DNA of 64,000 bases, taken from an uncultured Prevotellaceae bacterium. GTDB taxonomy: Bacteria; Bacteroidota; Bacteroidia; Bacteroidales; Bacteroidaceae. Shown here in pieces: positions 57,115 through 64,000 of this stretch. A model generated the notes under the pieces. That model saw nothing but the letters and a program-made list of their open reading frames with translations, was not told the origin of the DNA and did not search any database. The stretch lies in the NCBI GenBank assembly GCA_937877605.1, contig CALFJA010000086.1, positions 4,384-68,383 on the forward strand, written 5' to 3'. How positions within the stretch are numbered: the stretch's first letter is position 1; every line of letters starts with the position of its first letter. A program made the position numbers and the translations under genes.

Positions 57115-58236
57115 ATGAAAATAGAACTAAAGAAAGTAACTGTTGCAGAACTGACTGCAGGCTACGAAGATAACGAAGAAGCTGGTGTGCGTGGATATGG
57201 AGGACTGCTCGATATCCGACCACCTTACCAACGAGAGTTTATCTATGATGAAAAGAAACGCAATGCTGTGATTACCACCGTATTGAATGGCTTTCCACTA
57301 AATGTGATGTATTGGGCTGCAAGAGACAAAGATGCCGAGGTCCCATACGAAGTAATGGACGGACAGCAACGAACCATCAGCCTATGCCAGTATGTAAACG
57401 GCGACTTCGCCTATGATTTTCAATACTTTCATAATCTGACAGAGGTTGACAAGCGAAAGATTTTGGATTATGAATTGATGGTATATGTATGTTCAGGTAA
57501 TGACAAAGAAAAACTGAAATGGTTTGAAACCATTAACATCGCAGGCGAGCGACTCACCCGTCAAGAACTGCGTAATGCAGTGTATGCAGGTCCGTTCGTA
57601 AGCGATGCCAAGCGTTATTTCTCCAAGTCGAACTGCGCTGCCTACAACATGGGACACCATTTGTTGTCAGGCTCACCCATACGGCAAGACTATTTAGAAA
57701 CAGCCTTAAAATGGATGGCAAACTCCCTGAACAAGCCAAGTACCCCGATGAACATAGAAACCTATATGGCACAACACCAACATGATCCTAATGCGTCGCA
57801 GTTATGGCAATATTTCAATGCGGTGATAACATGGGTATTTGCCACTTTCGATGTAGGGAAACGCAAAAAAATCATGAAAGGCGTGGACTGGGGGACACTG
57901 TATGACCGGTTCCATGGTACCGTACTCGACAAAAGTTCACTTGATGCTGAAATAGGACGACTGGTTATTGACTCTGAAGTGCAGACTAAAATGGGTATCT
58001 GCCCCTTTGTCCTCACACGCGACGAGCACTATCTCGGTCTGCGTGCTTTCCCGGAAGACATTAAACTGGCAATCTATGAAAAGCAACAAGGAATCTGTCC
58101 GCTATGCGGCGAACATTTTGAAATAGATCAAATGGAAGGCGATCACATCACACCTTGGGCAGAGGGAGGCCGTACCGTAGAAGATAACTGCCAGATGCTC
58201 TGCCGCGACTGCAACCGCAGAAAAGGAAAGAAATAA
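57115..58236 (+). CDS. DUF262 (ParB/GmrSD N-terminal-like) domain protein with a C-terminal HNH nuclease motif
   Basis: DIRPPYQREFIY and MDGQQRTISL (the DGQQR signature of DUF262). C-terminal CPLCGEHFEIDQMEGDHITPWAEGGRTVEDNCQMLCRDCNRRKGKK is an HNH motif. Confidence 0.85.
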   Translation: MKIELKKVTVAELTAGYEDNEEAGVRGYGGLLDIRPPYQREFIYDEKKRNAVITTVLNGFPLNVMYWAARDKDAEVPYEVMDGQQRTISLCQYVNGDFAYDFQYFHNLTEVDKRKILDYELMVYVCSGNDKEKLKWFETINIAGERLTRQELRNAVYAGPFVSDAKRYFSKSNCAAYNMGHHLLSGSPIRQDYLETALKWMANSLNKPSTPMNIETYMAQHQHDPNASQLWQYFNAVITWVFATFDVGKRKKIMKGVDWGTLYDRFHGTVLDKSSLDAEIGRLVIDSEVQTKMGICPFVLTRDEHYLGLRAFPEDIKLAIYEKQQGICPLCGEHFEIDQMEGDHITPWAEGGRTVEDNCQMLCRDCNRRKGKK

Positions 58237-58255
58237 TTCCCATTACAATAAGAAA

Positions 58256-58287
58256 AAAGAGCGACTACATTGTTGTAATCGCTCTTT
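58256..58287. terminator. bidirectional hairpin between the DUF262-HNH gene and convergent atpG
   Basis: AAAGAGCGA-C-TACA, loop TTGT, TGTA-A-TCGCTCTTT. There is one mismatch, and A/T runs form the outer stem. Confidence 0.6.
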
Positions 58288-58299
58288 ATACAAGTAAAA

Positions 58300-58309
58300 G
58301 ATAAGCATT
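58300..58309. repeat. 10-bp direct repeat GATAAGCATT, right copy (abuts the atpG stop codon)
   Basis: Identical to 55821-55830. Confidence 0.6.
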
Positions 58310-59274
58310 TAATTGTTCACAGAACCGCCGACGATGTCGAGCAATTCGTTGGTGATGGCCTGCTGACGGCCCTTGTTGTACTGCAAGTTAAGTTGTCGCA
58401 GCAGTTCGTCGGCATTGTCGGTGGCCGTCTGCATGGCAACCATACGGGCAGCATGCTCGGAAGCGTTGCTGTCGAGCAGTGCCGTGTAGAGCATGAAGTG
58501 TCCCAGTTTGGGAATCAGTTGGCTCAGCACGGTGTTCATGTCTGGTTCAACCAGGAAGTTGTCGTTCAGCGGTTTGGCCTCAGCCTGCTCGTGCTGTTTG
58601 GCCGGCTTGCGGTTCTTAAGGTAGTCCTGGGCCTTCTTCGTCACGATGTTCGAAGTTAAATCGCGTTCACGATCGGCTTCCAGTTCCGACTGGACATCGA
58701 TGGGAAGGAAATCCTTGCGGGTGAGAATCTGGCTGCCTGCACTCTTGAAGTGGTGGTAGATGAGTTCCACCTTGTCAATTTTACCTTCCACGAATTGCAT
58801 GCCCAATTCCTGTGCAATGTCCATACACTGCTGGAAATTGGGATTGTCTGCCAGCGCAGCAAAGTCACCGGCTGCGGTGTAGCCCATTTTCTGGACTTTT
58901 TCAGCCACCTTACGCCCAATGGGATAAATCACGATGTTCTCACGGCCAAGCTGCTCGTATTCGGCAATGGCGTGAGTCATGAGTTTGATCACATTGGAAT
59001 TGTAGCCGCCACACAGGCTGCTGTTTGAACTGAAGACAACAAGTGCCACACGATGTACCTCTCGCTGCTGACTGAACACTGTCTGTGCATCGGCCTCCGA
59101 GGCAATGAAAGTCTTGAGGATGTGCTCCAGCATTGACTCATAGGGCAGCATGTTTTCTATCATGACCTGTGCATGGTGCAGTTTGCTGGAGGCAACCATC
59201 TTCATTGCACTCGTGATTTTACGGGTGCTATTGACACTTGCTATCCGGTTTTTAATTTCTTTGAGTGATGCCAT
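58309..59274 (-). CDS. atpG: F1 ATP synthase gamma subunit
   Basis: MASLKEIKNRIASVNSTRKITSAMKMVASSKL start and C-terminal ITNELLDIVGG. Confidence 0.93.
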   Translation of the reverse strand: MASLKEIKNRIASVNSTRKITSAMKMVASSKLHHAQVMIENMLPYESMLEHILKTFIASEADAQTVFSQQREVHRVALVVFSSNSSLCGGYNSNVIKLMTHAIAEYEQLGRENIVIYPIGRKVAEKVQKMGYTAAGDFAALADNPNFQQCMDIAQELGMQFVEGKIDKVELIYHHFKSAGSQILTRKDFLPIDVQSELEADRERDLTSNIVTKKAQDYLKNRKPAKQHEQAEAKPLNDNFLVEPDMNTVLSQLIPKLGHFMLYTALLDSNASEHAARMVAMQTATDNADELLRQLNLQYNKGRQQAITNELLDIVGGSVNN

Positions 59275-59312
59275 ATCTTTGTCTGAAGATTGGTATGAAT
59301 CGGTGAGGTTCC

Positions 59313-60902
59313 CTACTCGGTCTTATACTGACCCACGATTTCTTCCATAACTTTCTTGATGATGTCAATATCGCTGTCGGTAAGTTTTCCGGAACCCAGC
59401 GAATCGATGACATCGGCGTGGGCCGAGCGCAGTTTCTCAAGGAAGAGATCCTGACAAGCACGTACATTCTCAACCGGTACGGCATGCATCAGCCCATTGA
59501 TACCACAGTAGAGAATGGCAATCTGTTCGCCAACAGGCATAGGGCTGTACTGCGGTTGAATGAGCAACTGATTGTTCTTGCGTCCCCGGTCAAGGGTCAT
59601 TGCCGTCACGGCATCCATGTCACTGGAGAACTTCGAGAAGGACTCCAGCTCACGATACTGGGCCATGTCAATCTTCAGGGTACCAGCCACCTTCTTCATG
59701 CTCTTGATTTGCGCCGAACCTCCCACGCGGGAAACGGAAATCCCGACATTGATGGCAGGACGGAATCCCTGATTGAAGAGATCGGTTTCAAGGTAAATCT
59801 GGCCGTCGGTGATGGAAATCACATTGGTCGGTATGTATGCCGAGACATCGCCTGCCTGGGTTTCGATGATGGGCAGGGCCGTAAGCGAACCACCACCACG
59901 GACATGTCCCTTCAGACATGCGGGAAGGTCGTTCATCTGCTCGGCAACCTCCTGCTGTTCGTTAATCTTGGCGGCACGCTCGAGAAGACGGGAATGGAGG
60001 TAGAACACATCGCCCGGATAGGCTTCGCGGCCGGAAGGGCGGCGGAGAATGAGCGATACTTCACGATAGGCTACGGCCTGCTTGGACAGGTCATCATAGA
60101 CAACCAAGGCGGCATGTCCTCTGTCGCGGAAGTATTCACCGATGGCCGCACCTGCAAACGGAGCATAATATTGCATTGCGGCAGGGTCGGCAGCCGTTGC
60201 ACTGACGATGATTGTATAGGCCAAAGCACCATGTTCCCTCAAGGTCTGGACCAATGCGGCTACCGTAGACGCCTTCTGACCTATTGCAACATAAATACAA
60301 TAGACAGGTTTCCCAGCCTCGTAGAAACTCTTCTGGTTAATGATTGTGTCGATGGCAATGGCGGTTTTTCCGGTCTGTCGGTCACCGATGATAAGTTCAC
60401 GCTGTCCTCGTCCGATCGGAATCATGGAGTCAACAGCCTTGAGTCCGGTCTGAAGGGGTTCCTTCACCGGCTGGCGATAGATAACGCCTGGTGCCTTTCG
60501 GTCGAGGGGCATCTCAAAAGAGTCGGTCAAGTCAATGTCGCCCTTACCGTCGATGGCTTCACCCAGAGGATTGATGACGCGTCCCAGCATGTTGTCGTTG
60601 ACGCGAATGGAGGAGATGCGGTGCGTACGCTTAACGATCTGTCCCTCCTTAATGCCGGCAGTCGGGCCGAGCAACACGCAACCGACATTGTCCTCTTCCA
60701 GGTTCATCACGATGGCCATGGTACCGTTCTCAAACTCCAGGAGTTCGTTCGCTTCTGCATTGCGCAAACCGTAGACGCGGGCTACACCGTCGCTGACCTG
60801 AAGCACTGTGCCGACTTCGTCGAACTTGGTGCTGTCGGTAATCGCATGCAACTGCTTCAATAGCACATCTGAAACTTCACTTGGTTTTAATTTATCTGAC
60901 AT
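59313..60902 (-). CDS. atpA: F1 ATP synthase alpha subunit
   Basis: Walker A GDRQTGKT in a 529-aa ORF with typical alpha-subunit motifs. Confidence 0.97.
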   Translation of the reverse strand: MSDKLKPSEVSDVLLKQLHAITDSTKFDEVGTVLQVSDGVARVYGLRNAEANELLEFENGTMAIVMNLEEDNVGCVLLGPTAGIKEGQIVKRTHRISSIRVNDNMLGRVINPLGEAIDGKGDIDLTDSFEMPLDRKAPGVIYRQPVKEPLQTGLKAVDSMIPIGRGQRELIIGDRQTGKTAIAIDTIINQKSFYEAGKPVYCIYVAIGQKASTVAALVQTLREHGALAYTIIVSATAADPAAMQYYAPFAGAAIGEYFRDRGHAALVVYDDLSKQAVAYREVSLILRRPSGREAYPGDVFYLHSRLLERAAKINEQQEVAEQMNDLPACLKGHVRGGGSLTALPIIETQAGDVSAYIPTNVISITDGQIYLETDLFNQGFRPAINVGISVSRVGGSAQIKSMKKVAGTLKIDMAQYRELESFSKFSSDMDAVTAMTLDRGRKNNQLLIQPQYSPMPVGEQIAILYCGINGLMHAVPVENVRACQDLFLEKLRSAHADVIDSLGSGKLTDSDIDIIKKVMEEIVGQYKTE

Positions 60903-60926
60903 TTTCTTCTTTTTTACTGATTGGTG

Positions 60927-61463
60927 TTATTTTTTCAACTGTGTGAGGATGGCTTGGAGCTTCGATTTGACGCTGGCATCCATCCTGTAGGTATCATATT
61001 CCAGGATAAATCCTCCAATGAGTTCAGGATTTATTTCTGTCTGAAACTCCACAGTTCCATTAGTCTTGGACTCAACCATCCGCCTCATTTTATCTGCCGT
61101 CTCAGTGGAGACAGGTGCGGCAGTGGTGAGCTTTGCTCGAACAAGATTCTTCTGTTGGCGGTAAAGCGTAATGTAGGACGATGCTATGAGCTGCATGATT
61201 TCCTCGCGTCCTTTGTCAAGCACCATCTGGATGAAACGGTCTGTCAGTACTGAATGCCCCGTTCCACAGGCCGTTTGTAAAAGCAGGAGCTTGCTCTCCT
61301 TGGCAATCATGGGATTACCGATGGCCTGATGCAGTTCCGGAGTATCGATGTAGCACTTCAACAGTGTCTGCATATCGGCATACACCCGGGCTTCCTCTTT
61401 CGGATCGGAGGTACTCTTCAGCAGCGCTTTCGCATATCTAACAGCAATGATACCAAAATCCAT
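60927..61463 (-). CDS. atpH: F1 ATP synthase delta (OSCP) subunit
   Basis: 178-aa ORF with IAVRYAKALL at the start, positioned between atpF and atpA. Confidence 0.85.
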   Translation of the reverse strand: MDFGIIAVRYAKALLKSTSDPKEEARVYADMQTLLKCYIDTPELHQAIGNPMIAKESKLLLLQTACGTGHSVLTDRFIQMVLDKGREEIMQLIASSYITLYRQQKNLVRAKLTTAAPVSTETADKMRRMVESKTNGTVEFQTEINPELIGGFILEYDTYRMDASVKSKLQAILTQLKK

Positions 61464-61469
61464 AATTAG

Positions 61470-61988
61470 TTATTTATCGTCAGTAGGAATCTCGTCGAGC
61501 AGTTTGTCAATCATAGCCATCTGGCTTTCATCCAAGGCGAGTCGCTCCTTGAGCACTTTCTCGGCAATCTGCACAGAAAGTTCCGCTACCTGCGAGCGCA
61601 TTTCCTTGGCAGCATTACTCCTTGCGGCAGCAATCTCGGCCTTGCCTTCCTCCAGTAGCCGTGCGTTCTCGGCACGCGCTGCCGTCTGGGCCTTGTCGAT
61701 GATGTCGTCGCGTGTGGCAGCAGCCTCGCGGAGTAATTGAGCCTGTTGCTCCCGGGCCGTCTGCAACAGTTGCTCGCTCTCCTGTTTCACATTGGCAAGG
61801 CGCTCGTTGGCCTCGTTGGCTTTCTGCAGGCTCTCGTCAATATAGTTCTTCCTACTTTCCACCATATTGATGATGGCAGGGAAGCCGAACTTTGCCAATG
61901 CAAAAAACACCACCAGAAAGGCCAGGAGCATCCAAAACAGGAGGCCGAGGTCGGGAGTGAGTATGGATGGTAGGTTTTGGAAATCCAT
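61470..61988 (-). CDS. atpF: F0 ATP synthase b subunit
   Basis: 172-aa ORF with a single N-terminal TM helix followed by a long charged coiled coil. Confidence 0.85.
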   Translation of the reverse strand: MDFQNLPSILTPDLGLLFWMLLAFLVVFFALAKFGFPAIINMVESRKNYIDESLQKANEANERLANVKQESEQLLQTAREQQAQLLREAAATRDDIIDKAQTAARAENARLLEEGKAEIAAARSNAAKEMRSQVAELSVQIAEKVLKERLALDESQMAMIDKLLDEIPTDDK

Positions 61989-62004
61989 CTGCTCTTGTTA
62001 ATTT

Positions 62005-62268
<264 letters not shown>

Positions 62269-62299
62269 TTATTAATTAAATGTTGGTTAATATTCCATG

Positions 62300-63367
62300 T
62301 TATTCTTCATGTTCTTCTTTGTGTGCCAGACCGATGAATACAGCGCTCAGCATTGTGAACACATAAGCCTGTACGAAAGCCACCAGCAGTTCAAGGCAGT
62401 TCATGAACAGCAGCATAATGATGCTGAAGGCGTTCAGTCCCAGTCCGAAGCCGACGCCCATCGACCATCCTAGGAAAATCACGCAGGTGAAACTGAGGAT
62501 TACTGCATGGCCTGCCATCATGTTGGCAAAGAGACGGATCATCAGTGCAAACGGCTTGGTGAAAACGCCGAACAGTTCTATCACCGGCATGATGGGAGCC
62601 GGATAGGCTTTTAGGAAGAGAGGCACATCCGGCCAAAAAATCTCTTTCCAGTATTCCTTGTTGCCGAACAGATTGATGGCAATCATTGTGCAAAGCGCCA
62701 AGAAAAAGGTGATGTTGATGTTGCCGGTCACATTGGCTCCGCCGGGAAATACGGGGAGCAGTCCCAACAAGTTAGTGGTCAGGATGAAGAAGAACACCGT
62801 GAGCAGATAGGGAGCATATTTTTTGTAATGCTTCTCCCCTATCGACGACTTCACCACATCGTCGTGAATGGTCATGACTAACATCTCCATTGCTCCTACA
62901 AAACCTGACGGAGCCTCGCTACGCTCATCCTTATTCTTATACCAGCGTGCACACGAGAGGAACACTACTATCAGCACGATGACGACAATCCATATCTGAG
63001 CCACGGTCTTGGTGATGCTCAGGTCGATGGGGCGTGTGGTTGAGCCGTCGGCTAATCTTTGATAAATCTTCCCATGATGTTCCTTGTCGAAGTAGAAAGG
63101 CTCCGGCAGTTTCCCATGCTCAGAAAAACCTACGAACCACTTGCCTGTCTCGCTGTTCCGCACAATGATGGGCAGTGGCAGGCTGATGTGCTTTCCTTTA
63201 TAGGAAGCAATGTGCCATTCGTAAGCATCCGACATGTGTTCAAGCACAATCTCGGGTATGTTCAATTCCTGCTCTCCTTCCGCCGCCCGCATTTGCAAGG
63301 GAAGCAACAGCAGGAGCAAGATATATAGGCTACTCAGTTTTTTCATCATAAGTCTTCTGTTTGTCAA
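62300..63367 (-). CDS. atpB: F0 ATP synthase a subunit
   Basis: 355-aa polytopic ORF with LMIRLFANMMAGH (the conserved Arg helix). The start may be the internal Met at 63346. Confidence 0.9.
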   Translation of the reverse strand: MTNRRLMMKKLSSLYILLLLLLPLQMRAAEGEQELNIPEIVLEHMSDAYEWHIASYKGKHISLPLPIIVRNSETGKWFVGFSEHGKLPEPFYFDKEHHGKIYQRLADGSTTRPIDLSITKTVAQIWIVVIVLIVVFLSCARWYKNKDERSEAPSGFVGAMEMLVMTIHDDVVKSSIGEKHYKKYAPYLLTVFFFILTTNLLGLLPVFPGGANVTGNINITFFLALCTMIAINLFGNKEYWKEIFWPDVPLFLKAYPAPIMPVIELFGVFTKPFALMIRLFANMMAGHAVILSFTCVIFLGWSMGVGFGLGLNAFSIIMLLFMNCLELLVAFVQAYVFTMLSAVFIGLAHKEEHEE

Positions 63368-63761
63368 GACGGTTTGATATTCTTGAAAAATAAAGCGATG
63401 TGTGTATCAATGTAGCAAAATAGTAAATGGCAAAAACGCCTATGAAGGTCTTGATGCCGGACTTGTCCGCCAAATAGTAGACGAACATCAGCAGCAAGGC
63501 CAGCAGGAAGCGTGCACCGGATTCTGCCGTGTAGAATGTGGGAAGGTTGTCGGGCGATTGGATTGCTACCTTCCGCCAGACTATTGCTGTCAACGAACAG
63601 ACAAAAAGGAAAAAGAGGGCACATGCGACAATCGGGGTGAGCAACTGATTCATGTACCATACCCTCATGACAATCAGCAGTATGGCAGTCAGTCCTCCCA
63701 CCAGCCACAATGACTGCCGGTTGTAGCGCTTGCTCAGTTTCCTTGCCTCGTCCATGTTCAT
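63330..63761 (-). CDS. small membrane protein in the atp operon (AtpI/AtpZ-like position)
   Basis: 143-aa ORF with about 4 predicted TM segments, lying between atpC and atpB. The call rests on position only. Confidence 0.4.
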   Translation of the reverse strand: MNMDEARKLSKRYNRQSLWLVGGLTAILLIVMRVWYMNQLLTPIVACALFFLFVCSLTAIVWRKVAIQSPDNLPTFYTAESGARFLLALLLMFVYYLADKSGIKTFIGVFAIYYFATLIHTSLYFSRISNRLDKQKTYDEKTE

Positions 63762-64000
63762 TTTTTCAATTCCACGCAGAGGCTTACTTCATTCCGTTTC
63801 ACCTCGACAAAGCCGCCGTTAATGTCTATTTTGCTGGTTTCCCCGTTGGCCTTATATTCCACGGCACCAACTTCCAAAAGGGAGATGATGGGAGCGTGGT
63901 TCGTAAGTATTTCGAAGTTTCCCATGGCACCGGGCACCTTTACGCTGTCCACTTCGCCCTGGAATTCGATTTTCTCAGGAGAAACAATTTTCAGTGACAA
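63758..64000 (-). CDS. atpC: F1 ATP synthase epsilon subunit (start at or just beyond the window edge)
   Basis: LKIVSPEKIEFQGEVDSVKVPGAMGNFEILTNHAPIIS. The first codon in the window is TTG, so the true start is uncertain. Confidence 0.8.
   Translation of the reverse strand: MSLKIVSPEKIEFQGEVDSVKVPGAMGNFEILTNHAPIISLLEVGAVEYKANGETSKIDINGGFVEVKRNEVSLCVELKK

Overview
This 64-kb segment looks like Bacteroidota chromosome, probably Prevotella/Segatella-like. That call is an inference from TAnnTTTG promoter boxes, a T9SS-type C-terminal sorting domain, a DUF4105/Lnb-like gene, a GT3 glycogen synthase and the atpC-atpI-like-atpBEFHAG gene order. I could run no homology search, so all product calls rest on motifs I recognise in the translations.

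About 50 protein genes are present and nearly all are housekeeping:
- DUF1015-serA-serC, gyrA, two HU-type genes, rimO, ftsY
- a C4-dicarboxylate transporter, cell-wall enzymes, nspC, prs
- glycogen phosphorylase and synthase, PBP1A, ptb-buk, glyA, rarA
- a ppiD-like gene, an lptC-like gene, nrdDG, cls, kpsF and most of the F-type ATP synthase operon

I recognised no rRNA, tRNA, CRISPR array, transposase or integrase.

Four things stand out:
1. A small lower-GC cassette (about 55.5-58.3 kb) sits between kpsF and atpG. It encodes an EcoRI-like N6-adenine methyltransferase and a DUF262-HNH nuclease, preceded by a roughly 280-nt highly structured leader.
2. The methyltransferase contains an (AG)17 slippage tract. 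Downstream of it the same C-terminal motif is encoded once in each of the three reading frames, and the longest frame stops in an ATGA overlap with the nuclease start codon.
3. A roughly 5-kb island (about 19.1-24.3 kb) has extreme G+T enrichment on the plus strand regardless of gene orientation, and this reshapes codon and amino-acid usage.
4. A dispersed REP-like palindromic repeat family (GTTTGGGGCYC units) occurs in four intergenic loci.

Coordinates of short elements were counted by hand and may be off by 1-2 nt.
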